DNA of 64,000 nt from an uncultured Candidatus Saccharibacteria bacterium (GTDB taxonomy: Bacteria; Patescibacteriota; Minisyncoccia; Phycocordibacterales; UBA9973): contig CAYHBR010000001.1 of the NCBI GenBank assembly GCA_964354985.1, positions 18,407 through 82,406 of the forward strand. Direction: 5' to 3'. The position numbers were made by a program, and so were the translations under genes. The notes beneath the pieces were generated by a model that ran no database searches, was not told the DNA's origin, and was given only the letters and a program-made list of their open reading frames with translations. Positions 39,523 to 48,481 of this stretch are shown piece by piece (the first letter of the stretch is position 1; every line of letters begins with the position of its first letter).

Positions 39523-40191
39523 TTATTTCTTTAGCAATTCCTCGATTTTTGCCTTGAAAGAATCGTAGCTTGAGACACCATCTCCAAACTTTACCCCGTT
39601 TATATAGAATGTTGGGGTAGAATCTACTCCGAGTTTTTCACCATCAGCATAGTCAGCGGAAATAATAGCTGAGTACTTATTACTCTTTACTTCACTCAGA
39701 AATATTTTAGTATCAAGTCCAAGTTTTGAAGCATAACTAGTAAAAATATCTACTGCAGTATTTGAGTTACTCCACTCTGTTTGTTTTTCATATATCATGT
39801 CGTGCATTTCCCAAAACTTACCCTGCGCCGAAGCTGCCTCAGCAGCTTCGGCGCTTGAATGAGAATTTTGGTGAGCCGAGAGCGGAAAATTCCTAAATAC
39901 AAAACTCACATTTGGATTGTCTTTATAATCAGCAATGATTTTCATTACTATTGGATTTACTGCACCACATGCTGGACACTGATAGTCACCAAATTCAACG
40001 ATTTGAACTTTCGCGTTTTTTGCTCCTTCTACTCCGTTTATTCCAGCAACATGACTTCCCTCGCGGATAAGTAAACTGCCATCAACTGGCGCTGTAACCA
40101 GTGCTGGTTTTGGTTGAAATGACCAAAGCAAAATACCACCAACGATTGCGACCAAACTGACAATTAAAATAATTTTTGATTCTTTATTCAT
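39523..40191 (-). CDS. DsbA/BdbD-like thiol:disulfide oxidoreductase (thioredoxin fold, membrane-anchored)
   Basis: N-terminal TM segment and a CPAC active site (FGDYQCPACGAVNP). Confidence 0.75.
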   Translation of the reverse strand: MNKESKIILIVSLVAIVGGILLWSFQPKPALVTAPVDGSLLIREGSHVAGINGVEGAKNAKVQIVEFGDYQCPACGAVNPIVMKIIADYKDNPNVSFVFRNFPLSAHQNSHSSAEAAEAASAQGKFWEMHDMIYEKQTEWSNSNTAVDIFTSYASKLGLDTKIFLSEVKSNKYSAIISADYADGEKLGVDSTPTFYINGVKFGDGVSSYDSFKAKIEELLKK

Positions 40192-40606
40192 GATTTTGTT
40201 TTTTATAAATCACCATTAAGATAGTGATTGCTATTAGTGATAATAGTGACAACAGTGGAATCGTTAGAAAACCAAAATATTCGACGTATTTTGTCGTACA
40301 AGACACTCCTATCTTACACGGAGCAAAGGCCTCTGGTATGACTTTGTAATAAAGTAAATTTTGGTAAATAGAAACCAACAATCCAGCCACTGAAAGTGGC
40401 AAAATATATGATGCCAGTTTTTTATCTTTTAGTAAAATTCCAACTGGGATAAGCAACACAAGTGGGTAGATGGCAACCCTCTGAAACCAACAAAGGATGC
40501 ATGGCGCAAAACCAAGTACTTCACTAAAATACAAACTACCTATCAATGAAAATAAAGCTATCGTCCATGCGATATATGCGCTGTTTAGTTTAATGAATTT
40601 TTTCAT
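40184..40606 (-). CDS. DsbB/BdbC-like disulfide bond formation protein
   Basis: 140-aa polytopic membrane protein with a CILCWFQR CxxC motif. It overlaps the start of the downstream DsbA-like gene. Confidence 0.7.
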   Translation of the reverse strand: MKKFIKLNSAYIAWTIALFSLIGSLYFSEVLGFAPCILCWFQRVAIYPLVLLIPVGILLKDKKLASYILPLSVAGLLVSIYQNLLYYKVIPEAFAPCKIGVSCTTKYVEYFGFLTIPLLSLLSLIAITILMVIYKKQNHE

Positions 40607-40648
40607 GTTCTCTATTTTACCACGAAATTAAGACTAAAATATTTAAAT

Positions 40649-41053
40649 TTATCTATTAAGATAAGTGATGCTTATCTGCAAACAGGTAGCAAATGTTCCC
40701 CACAAAAGGTACGGGATATTGACGTAGACAACCCAGCGGAGCTCAGATGACGCATGCCAAATAGCAGATAGTGCCCATACAAGAGTGCAGAGAACGAGGA
40801 TGATATCGATCGAAGCAAGTATGTTGTTTTTAAGGCCAAATTGAAAATAAGTGAACAAAAAATTGAAAAGTAAATTGAGTGCAAATGGCAATGCAACTAT
40901 CCACGGAATGTTTTTTGTGAATGCTTTATAAAATACAGTGCCAAATGAAAAAATAATAATAGTATATAGTACTGTCCAAACTGGCCCAAAAAGCCACGAA
41001 GGCGGTGCCCATGTTGGTTTTATCAATTGTGAATACCAGTTGTATGTGTTCAT
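40649..41053 (-). CDS. tspO: TspO/MBR family tryptophan-rich sensory protein (likely start MNTYNWYS.., internal to the ORF-track ORF)
   Basis: W..L.KP.WAPP...FGPVWTVLY motif and multi-TM hydropathy. Confidence 0.7.
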   Translation of the reverse strand: MNTYNWYSQLIKPTWAPPSWLFGPVWTVLYTIIIFSFGTVFYKAFTKNIPWIVALPFALNLLFNFLFTYFQFGLKNNILASIDIILVLCTLVWALSAIWHASSELRWVVYVNIPYLLWGTFATCLQISITYLNR

Positions 41054-41127
41054 AATATTATTATAACATCTTACATTAAAAAACAAAAAGCCCCTTTTAA
41101 AGGATGGCTTTTTATTAAAAATTCTTG

Positions 41128-41199
41128 CGCGGCTGATGGGTGCTGACCCCACGACCTTTCCCGTGACAGGGGAATATTCTACCGTTGAACTACAGCCGC
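41128..41199 (-). tRNA. tRNA-Asp (anticodon GUC), with an unusual T-loop
   Basis: GCGGCTG-TA-GTTC-AACGGTA-GAAT-A-TTCCC-CTGTCAC-GGGAA-AGGTC-GTGGG-GTCAGCA-CCCAT-CAGCCGC-G. The T-loop GTCAGCA is atypical. Confidence 0.65.
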
Positions 41200-41247
41200 A
41201 ACTTAACTAAATTACCATAAAACCATCGGAATTGCCACCTTGCAATG

Positions 41248-41321
41248 TGTCGGGGGAGAGAATCGGACTCTCGACCTGACGCTTATGAAGCGCCCGCTCT
41301 TACCAACTGAGCTACCCCGAC
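41248..41321 (-). tRNA. tRNA-Met (anticodon CAU). An elongator, or possibly tRNA-Ile2 (lysidine); it is not initiator-like
   Basis: GTCGGGG-TA-GCTC-AGTTGGTAA-GAGC-G-GGCGC-TTCATAA-GCGTC-AGGTC-GAGAG-TCCGATT-CTCTC-CCCCGAC-A. The G1-C72 pair and lack of GGG/CCC in the anticodon stem argue against an initiator. Confidence 0.75.
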
Positions 41322-41428
41322 AATAGCGACAATATAACATATTTTTATCTTAATTCAAGGTTTTATACTTAAAAAAAATTATCCGATAAAAAAAGACCCA
41401 CATCTCTGTGAGTATTTTTTTATCTTGT

Positions 41429-41745
41429 TGCGGGGCCACGAATCGAACGTGGGTCTTAAGGTTATGCATACCGCTACAGTTTTCACTGCAATTGCTTTTT
41501 GTGGTCTGGACTATGCCTTCACCCATTTGCGCAAACCGATTGGTTATTACAAATTAGGGGTCTGCCGTCTAGTCTCTACACCTTCAATAAAATTGTTTAA
41601 CGAATTTTAAAGCTTGGCTCGGCGTTGTCATTTGTCGTACTTTCTTATAACAAGAAGATTTCACCGAATTTGACAGATATTCCACTAGCTATTACTGGCT
41701 AGTGAGCCCAATTGAGCCTTACGAGATACCTCTTCTCTACCCCGC
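41429..41745 (-). ncRNA. ssrA: tmRNA (ssrA), about 317 nt
   Basis: 5' GCGGGGT pairs with 3' GCCCCGC-A. A tRNA-like T-arm CCACG-TTCGATT-CGTGG sits at the 3' end. The length and position beside a tRNA cluster fit. The internal tag reading frame was not resolved. Confidence 0.65.
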
Positions 41746-41870
41746 GATGTCGCAAAACATTGCCCAACAATGATACCACAGTTTTGCTTTTTTGCAATTT
41801 TTAAGAATAGTGTTTTGTGGACAGATACAGGGGCTTCATTTAGCTGATTTAGCGTGGTAGTATTGTCTGT

Positions 41871-43706
41871 ATGAATGAAGCACAAAACTCACAGAACTCG
41901 GAGGAGAAATTGCACGCTCTCCGCCACACCCTCGCTCACCTTTTGGGGGCATCGGTACTGAAACTTTACCCTGGTTCCAAGCTCACTCTCGGACCTTCTG
42001 TCGATAATGGTTTCTACTACGACATAGATATGACAAGCGCCGACGGCGGCAAAAGCGGTACTGTTGGCGGTGGTGGTAATGGGGGCACTGGTTTCAAAAT
42101 CGGCGATGCTGACATGCCAAAAATCGAAGCTGTCATGCGTGAACTTTTGCCAACATGGACGAAAATGGAACGCCGTGAAGTTTCAGCAGACGAAGCAAAA
42201 GAGATCTTTGCTGGCAATGAATTTAAACACGAACTGATTGAAGAATACTCCGCAACTGGTTTGACAACATACACATCCGGCGCTGGTAGCGCGCACGAAT
42301 TTACTGACCTTTGCCGTGGTGGTCATCTCGAAAATCCAGCCAAAGAAATCGATCCGAATGGCTTCAAACTCGACCGCATCGCTGGCGCGTACTGGCGTGG
42401 TAGTGAGAAAAATAAAATGCTCACTCGTATATACGGTCTAGCATTTGAAGATGAAGAAAAACTTAAGGAATATTTGGCGATGCGCATTGAAGCTGAAAAA
42501 AATGATCATCGCAAACTCGGGGCTGAAATGGACATCTTTGCCTTCGACGACGATGTCGGTGCCGGTCTTCCACTTTGGCTGCCAAACGGTGGTGTGCTTA
42601 CAGAAGAACTAGAGAAACTCGCCAAAGAAACAGAATTCCTCGCTGGCTACGACCGTGTCAAAACTCCGCACCTCGCCAAAGAGTCGATGTATAAAACATC
42701 TGGCCATCTTCCCTACTACGAAGATTCAATGTATCCGCCAATGGAATATGATGGAGGTAAATATTATTTGCGGGCCATGAACTGTCCGCACCACCACAAA
42801 GTTTTTGACGCACGACCAAAGTCATACCGCGACTTGCCACTCCGCCTCGCTGAATACGGCACAGTTTATCGTCATGAAAAATCTGGAGAACTTTTCGGTT
42901 TGATGCGAGTGCGTTCACTTTCGATGAACGACGCACACATTTACTGCACCGAAGAACAATTTGCCGATGAATTTCGCGCGGTCAATGAAATGTATTTGAA
43001 ATATTTCAAAATTTTTGGGATAGAAAAATATGTCATGCGCCTCTCCACTCACGATCCAAAAAAACTTGGTGAAAAATATGTTGATGAACCAGAACTTTGG
43101 AAAAAAACTGAAGATATGGTGCGCAACGTTTTAATTGAATCAAATATTCCATTTATTGAAGTTCCCAACGAAGCTGCTTTTTATGGTCCTAAAATTGATG
43201 TGCAAGTTTGGAGTGCGATTGGTCGTGAGTTTACTCTTGCCACAAACCAAGTCGACTTTGCAGTTCCGGCTCGCTTTGGACTTGTTTACACAGACAAAGA
43301 CGGTACGCAAAAAACACCACTTTGCATTCACCGCGCGCCACTCGGCACACACGAACGCTTTATCGGATTCCTGATCGAACATTACGCTGGCAACTTCCCT
43401 ACTTGGCTCGCACCACTTCAAGTTGCTATTGTTCCAGTTCGCGAAAATCACACCGAAGCCGCTCGAGCACTTGCGCAAAAACTCCGCGAACAAATGATCC
43501 GCGCTGAAATCTACGATGACAGCAACAGCCTTGGTAAAAGAATCCATACAGCAAAAGCCATGCATACGCCGTACACTATTGTGCTTGGCGACAAGGAAAT
43601 CGAAAGCGGCAATCTCTCAATCGAACTTCGCAATGGTGAAAAAATGCAAACAAACGAGGCTGATTTTATTGCGAAATTGATTGAAGAAATTAAGGAGAGA
43701 AAATAA
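41871..43706 (+). CDS. thrS: Threonyl-tRNA synthetase (lacks the N-terminal TGS domain)
   Basis: Class II motifs and HRAPLGTHERFIGFLIEHYAGNFPTWLAP. The N-terminus aligns with the ThrRS editing-domain region (HTLAHLLG..GP..GFYYD). Confidence 0.9.
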   Translation: MNEAQNSQNSEEKLHALRHTLAHLLGASVLKLYPGSKLTLGPSVDNGFYYDIDMTSADGGKSGTVGGGGNGGTGFKIGDADMPKIEAVMRELLPTWTKMERREVSADEAKEIFAGNEFKHELIEEYSATGLTTYTSGAGSAHEFTDLCRGGHLENPAKEIDPNGFKLDRIAGAYWRGSEKNKMLTRIYGLAFEDEEKLKEYLAMRIEAEKNDHRKLGAEMDIFAFDDDVGAGLPLWLPNGGVLTEELEKLAKETEFLAGYDRVKTPHLAKESMYKTSGHLPYYEDSMYPPMEYDGGKYYLRAMNCPHHHKVFDARPKSYRDLPLRLAEYGTVYRHEKSGELFGLMRVRSLSMNDAHIYCTEEQFADEFRAVNEMYLKYFKIFGIEKYVMRLSTHDPKKLGEKYVDEPELWKKTEDMVRNVLIESNIPFIEVPNEAAFYGPKIDVQVWSAIGREFTLATNQVDFAVPARFGLVYTDKDGTQKTPLCIHRAPLGTHERFIGFLIEHYAGNFPTWLAPLQVAIVPVRENHTEAARALAQKLREQMIRAEIYDDSNSLGKRIHTAKAMHTPYTIVLGDKEIESGNLSIELRNGEKMQTNEADFIAKLIEEIKERK

Positions 43707-43754
43707 ATTTCTTAGTAAAAAATAAAATATTAATAATTTTTTTAGTAAACTAAA

Positions 43755-44240
43755 TTAATTTGCCGTTTTATATTTTGTGATATTAAATGTTGGAAAAGGT
43801 ATTCCCGAGCCAGTAACACAATTTGTTGTTGTTGGAAATGTTTCGTAAAATCCTAAAATCCACTGACCGCTCCGCACTGCAGTTTTGGATTGTTCTCTGC
43901 TATATGCACTATTTGCAGATCCTGCTTCGCTATGTAGTTGAGAATTTTCATCGAGTAAACTTTGGCTTGGAGTAATTCCTTGTTGACCAAGCAGTGCAAG
44001 GTTATCGTCACTTGCTTTTGCCCTAGATGAGGCTGATTTCATTGTTTCGTACAACTCTTTTATTTTTGCACTAAATATCGAATACGGATAAACCGGACTC
44101 ATTCCTGCGGGTTTTATTAAAATAGGTCCTGTCCCCATACAAGTAACCCCCGGTGTAAATGTTGTTAATATTCTCCCACCAAAACCTCTTGTACCCCCCC
44201 CATTGCAAATGAAGTAATCGGAATAGCAGTAATTAAGCAA
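43755..44240 (-). CDS. Secreted hypothetical protein whose N-terminus depends on a G/C homopolymer
   Basis: The ORF-track frame starts at a TTG. An upstream ATG frame encodes a textbook signal peptide MKNKIIILCLITAIPITSFA that meets the main frame inside a poly-C run (8-9 nt, about 44195-44203). I could not count the tract reliably enough to say whether the two frames are in phase. Confidence 0.5.
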   Translation of the reverse strand: MLNYCYSDYFICNGGGTRGFGGRILTTFTPGVTCMGTGPILIKPAGMSPVYPYSIFSAKIKELYETMKSASSRAKASDDNLALLGQQGITPSQSLLDENSQLHSEAGSANSAYSREQSKTAVRSGQWILGFYETFPTTTNCVTGSGIPFPTFNITKYKTAN

Positions 44241-44358
44241 AGAATTATAATTTTATTTTTCATACAATAATATTAACATATAAAAAAATCTGCAACAAAA
44301 TTTTTTTATATATTTTCAAAAATTCTTAAGACAGATCTGCTCCCATAACTATAGAAAC

Positions 44359-46500
44359 CTAGATATCCAGTTTCGCCATCTTGGCATTGGACTGGATGAA
44401 GCTCTTGCGTGGCGCAACTTCAGAGCCCATGAGTGTGTCGAAAACTTTGTTGGCTTCTTCGGCGTCGTCGATAGTAACTTGCTTGAGAATGCGCTTGGCA
44501 GGATCCATGGTTGTTTCCCAAAGCTCATCGGCATTCATTTCGCCGAGACCTTTGTAGCGTTGGATGTGGATTTTGTTGGCAGCTTTTTTGCCTTTTGCTT
44601 CGGTTTCTTCTTCGGTTTCATCGGCACCAGTGTCTCCTGAACCACCTGCCTCGTCGTCAAGGGCTTCTATTTCTTCTATCTCAACATCGCCTCCAGTTAT
44701 CTTGTTTTTTTCTTCATCTGAATATGCATAGGAAATCTGTTTGCCCTGTTTTATTTTATACAGCGGTGGCTGTGCGATGTAAACATAGCCGGCATCGATC
44801 ACACTTCGGAAATAACGGAACATAAGGGTCAAAATAAGTGTACGAATGTGCGCGCCGTCAACATCGGCATCGGTTGCCAGGATAATTTTGTGATAGCGAA
44901 TTTTCGAAATATCGAGCGTGTCGCCGATCGAAGTTCCCATCGCAATGACGAGATTTTTGATCTGCTCACTACCGAGCATGCGGTCGAGTCTGGCTCGTTC
45001 AACATTTAAAATTTTACCACGCAAAGGAAGCACGGCTTGCGTCTTTCGGTCGCGACCCATTTTGGCAGTACCGCCGGCCGAGTCTCCCTCTACAATGAAA
45101 ACTTCTGACTCACTGGCGTCTTTGCTCTGACAATCTGCGAGTTTGCCCGGAAGTGTCATGCCTTCAAGTGCGCCTTTGCGGAGAATAGAATCCTTGGCAG
45201 CTTTGGCGGCTTTGCGAGCGCGAAGTGCAAGAACGGCTTTGCCGATAATACCTTTGGCATCGTCAGGATTTTCTTCGAGGTACTGCTCGAAGGCTTCACC
45301 GAAAACTTTTTGGACTGCACCCTGTGCTTCGGTTGAACCGAGCTTGGCTTTGGTTTGACCTTCAAACTGGATTTCAGCAAGCTTGACGGAAATTATCGCA
45401 GTCAAACCTTCGAGTACATCGTCGCCGGTAAATCCACCATCGGCTTCTTTGAGTACAGAATTTTTCTTGGCGAAGCTGTTGACCAAACGAGTGAGCGCCA
45501 TTTTGAAACCAGCGACATGGGTTCCGCCTTCAGCTGTGTAGATATTGTTGGCAAATGGCATGAGCCTGTCTGCCATATCGTCGACATACTGGAGCGCAAC
45601 TTCAACGCCGACGCCATCGATTTCTTTTTCAACATAGAAAATTTTATCGTGAACAGGCTTGAGGTGCTTGTTGGTGAATTTGACGAGCGAAACGAGACCG
45701 CCTTCAAAAAAGAACGAGACGGATGGAAGTTCGAGGTCAAGGTCTTTGATCCAGTAAGTGTCAGTGTCGTCTATTGTTGCGCCTTTTTTTGAGACTGTTT
45801 TTTCATCATTATTTTTTTCATCACCGTACCCACGCGCGTCGACGATTTCTATACGAAGTGAACTTACCAAATATGCTTGCTGACGCAAATGGTTGACGAT
45901 TGTTTCAAAATTGAAAGTTGTATCTGGAAAAATAATACCGTCTGGCTGGAAAGTAATAATCGTACCGTTTTTCTTTGACGCGTCGACTTTTTTGACGGCA
46001 GCTTTTTTCTTGCCTTGCGAATATTCTTGGACAAACTTACCTCCTTCACGATGGACTTCAGCACGAGTATAAATAGAAAGTGCGTTGACGACAGAGGCGC
46101 CGACACCGTGCAAACCGCCAGAAACTTTGTAGCCAGATTCATCGCCACCAAATTTGCCGCCAGCGTGGAGTGTCGTCATGACAGTTTCAAGAGCCGAGAC
46201 TTTAGTTTTTGAGTGAATACCAGTTGGAATACCGCGACCGTTGTCGGCAACACGGATTTTGTTTCCCGGCAAAAGCACGACTTCGATACGATTACAAAAA
46301 CCACCCATGGCTTCGTCGCGCGAGTTGTCGAAAATTTCCCAAATGAGGTGATGCAGACCGTCAATGCCTGTCGTACCAATGTACATACCAGGGCGTTTGC
46401 GAACTGGTTCGAGACCTTCAAGGACGGAAATAGCCTCCGCACCGTAATTGCCTTTCTTAGTCTTTTCTTTGGTTTCTTTCTGTTCTGATTCTTTGGCCAT
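44359..46500 (-). CDS. gyrB: DNA gyrase subunit B
   Basis: GHKL ATPase motifs (..ILRKGALEG..), a Toprim region (VEGDSAGG) and the gyrB-specific C-terminal domain. Confidence 0.9.
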   Translation of the reverse strand: MAKESEQKETKEKTKKGNYGAEAISVLEGLEPVRKRPGMYIGTTGIDGLHHLIWEIFDNSRDEAMGGFCNRIEVVLLPGNKIRVADNGRGIPTGIHSKTKVSALETVMTTLHAGGKFGGDESGYKVSGGLHGVGASVVNALSIYTRAEVHREGGKFVQEYSQGKKKAAVKKVDASKKNGTIITFQPDGIIFPDTTFNFETIVNHLRQQAYLVSSLRIEIVDARGYGDEKNNDEKTVSKKGATIDDTDTYWIKDLDLELPSVSFFFEGGLVSLVKFTNKHLKPVHDKIFYVEKEIDGVGVEVALQYVDDMADRLMPFANNIYTAEGGTHVAGFKMALTRLVNSFAKKNSVLKEADGGFTGDDVLEGLTAIISVKLAEIQFEGQTKAKLGSTEAQGAVQKVFGEAFEQYLEENPDDAKGIIGKAVLALRARKAAKAAKDSILRKGALEGMTLPGKLADCQSKDASESEVFIVEGDSAGGTAKMGRDRKTQAVLPLRGKILNVERARLDRMLGSEQIKNLVIAMGTSIGDTLDISKIRYHKIILATDADVDGAHIRTLILTLMFRYFRSVIDAGYVYIAQPPLYKIKQGKQISYAYSDEEKNKITGGDVEIEEIEALDDEAGGSGDTGADETEEETEAKGKKAANKIHIQRYKGLGEMNADELWETTMDPAKRILKQVTIDDAEEANKVFDTLMGSEVAPRKSFIQSNAKMAKLDI

Positions 46501-46523
46501 ATATGACGATATTATAGCAGATT

Positions 46524-47567
46524 TTAGATGGAAATGCGAGGGATTTTAGGTGGAAATTGCTGGGTTTTTGGTCCGATTTTGGTGGGTTTTCTAAAATTAT
46601 ATATAATCGTTTGCTTAAGTCGATGAGTATTCCCATGACTAAGTAATCCAATATAAGATGTTGTAGTTGCACCTGATTGTCTCTGTCTTAAATTTCTGAA
46701 CATTCTCTTTTTGGTAGATGTCCTTGGCACTCGATGGTACGGGAAATGCACCCAACCGAGAAAATCCACACCTGAGGCAAATGTTTTTATAAATACCTTA
46801 TCAGGATGCAAGGATAGATTGAGTCTTGTCTCTAGAAATGCCGATATTTTTGGCAGAACATCTTCTAAGTATTTTTTGTCTTTATGAAGGATAACAAAAT
46901 CATCCGCATATCTGACGCAGTATGTAATTTTCAAATCTCTCTTAAGAAAGTGATCGAACTCGTTCATATAAATGTTCACTAAAAGTTGGCTCGTGAGATT
47001 ACCAAGAGGTAGTCCGACGCTGTGCCTGTCTTTTGTGTTGAAACTGCCGACAATCTCCTTGAAAAGCCGTATTATATCTTCATCTCCCATTCGGAGTTTC
47101 AAAATATCTTCCAAGATTCTGTGATCAATATTCGCAAAAAACTTTCTGATGTCGCATTTCAGCACCCACATAGTCTGCGTATGATTTTTAGAAACCTTAA
47201 GCGCATAGTTTCGAAATCTATCAAGCGCGCGGTGTGTGCCTTTGCCTCGACGACATGAGTACGAATCAAAAATAAATTTGGTGTCAAAATATGGATACAA
47301 AATCCTATAAATAGCATGGTGGAGAAGCCGATCGCGGACACTTGCCTTGTGAATGTCCCGAGGCTTTGGGTCGTTGATACGAAAAGCTTTGTACGGACCG
47401 TGACGGTATGTCTTGTCGACAAGTTCACGGTGAAGGGCAAGTATATTATCGGTTAGATGCACTGAAAATTGGGCGACATCTTTACGGTTCCGTTTTCCGC
47501 GCAGGAATTCTCGCCACGCAACAAGTAAGTTTTCCACCGAAATGATATTATTGTAGGTATGAATCAA
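46524..47567 (-). CDS. DGR reverse transcriptase (RT-2); the likely true start is the TTG at 47567, and the ORF-track N-terminal extension reads through the poly-G tract
   Basis: 348 aa, about 65% identical to RT-1. Same GLPLGNLTSQLLVNIY and YADD motifs. Homology with RT-1 begins at ..IHTYNNIISVENLL.. Confidence 0.85.
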   Translation of the reverse strand: MIHTYNNIISVENLLVAWREFLRGKRNRKDVAQFSVHLTDNILALHRELVDKTYRHGPYKAFRINDPKPRDIHKASVRDRLLHHAIYRILYPYFDTKFIFDSYSCRRGKGTHRALDRFRNYALKVSKNHTQTMWVLKCDIRKFFANIDHRILEDILKLRMGDEDIIRLFKEIVGSFNTKDRHSVGLPLGNLTSQLLVNIYMNEFDHFLKRDLKITYCVRYADDFVILHKDKKYLEDVLPKISAFLETRLNLSLHPDKVFIKTFASGVDFLGWVHFPYHRVPRTSTKKRMFRNLRQRQSGATTTSYIGLLSHGNTHRLKQTIIYNFRKPTKIGPKTQQFPPKIPRISI

Positions 47568-47577
47568 CCGACTAATA

Positions 47578-47587
47578 CCCCCCCCCC
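47578..47587. repeat. C10 homopolymer (G10 in the RT sense) about 10 nt upstream of the RT-2 start
   Basis: cccccccccc seen directly, in the same position as at RT-1. Confidence 0.9.
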
Positions 47588-47637
47588 GAATTTCGTACAG
47601 CAACGCCTCGATCCTGAGCAGGATCAAAGAGGGATAT

Positions 47638-47961
47638 TTGATTTGGGTTAGTATTGTTCCGCATATTGCTAAAGGTGCTCGCTATACGATAGGTTCACGA
47701 ATTGAGAATAAATTCCTCGACCTGCTTGAACTTTCATACATTGCTTATTTTATAGAAAAAGATAAGAAAGAGGGAAAAATCACACAATGCATTTTAATGT
47801 TGGATACACTAAAGTTTCTTGTTTCTGTTGCATGGGAGGGTAAACTGATTTCAAATGCACACTGCGAGAATGTGGCATTGAAACTCGAAGAAGTCGGCAA
47901 GATGTTTGGTGGTTGGAAGAAAAATCTCGCAAATCCCGAAAAGAAAAACCGCGATCTATAA
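47638..47961 (+). CDS. Avd-like accessory protein (four-helix bundle / 23S rRNA IVS protein family), TTG start, on the opposite strand from RT/TR/VR
   Basis: 107 aa ..IAKGARYTIGSRIENKFLDLLELSYIAYF...VALKLEEVGKMFGGWKKNL. Conserved with the locus-1 frame with synonymous third-position changes. The antisense ORF-track ORF 47745..48149 has a low-complexity, nonsense-like translation here. Confidence 0.65.
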   Translation: MIWVSIVPHIAKGARYTIGSRIENKFLDLLELSYIAYFIEKDKKEGKITQCILMLDTLKFLVSVAWEGKLISNAHCENVALKLEEVGKMFGGWKKNLANPEKKNRDL

Positions 47962-47994
47962 AAACTATAGCAGTCGCGGAAAAGAAAATAGTTT

Positions 47995-48123
47995 CGGAGA
48001 CGGAACACGAACTTGTTGTCCGGATTCCACTCATTACCCTGTTTCGCCCAATTGTTGTTCAGCCACAAACCATCACCGTCGCGTTTGAGATTGAAGACGT
48101 TCGAGTTACCGTCAGAGTCAGTA
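47995..48123 (-). repeat. DGR-2 template repeat (TR-2); the ORF-track ORF 47745..48149 is a non-coding artefact of it
   Basis: 129 bp aligning to 48498..48626. About 21 mismatches at TR adenines (plus-strand T against C/A/G in the VR) and a single non-A mismatch. Confidence 0.85.
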
Positions 48124-48481
48124 TTTGTGCGGCATGCCATCTGTGTCACTGCCGACTTAAGCGCACCATGTGCCAGAAGCCGTGCTGTATTGGTATGCGT
48201 GATCTAACCCAGTAGGCGATCCTGTTGGATCGAAATCACCCAGCGCGTCGCACCAAGTTTTTTCTTTTTAAAGACCTCTATGTAAATCCTCCGCGAAAAG
48301 CCGTAACCGTTCGCGCTCTCAATCCACACGAAGTAAATTGGTCTTGAAAAACCGTAGCCGTTCAATGAAACCAATCTAGAAATAGTATACCAAAAAAACT
48401 GAACTCGCTTCGCGAGTAAATGCCAAAGGGTCAAAGAACCCAAGAGTCAAAGAATCAGAAAAATACAAAGAAACAATTGGT

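Noticed and set aside
44349-46672. Small ORFs overlapping gyrB on either strand
   Set aside because: They are nested within or antisense to a well-supported gyrB frame.
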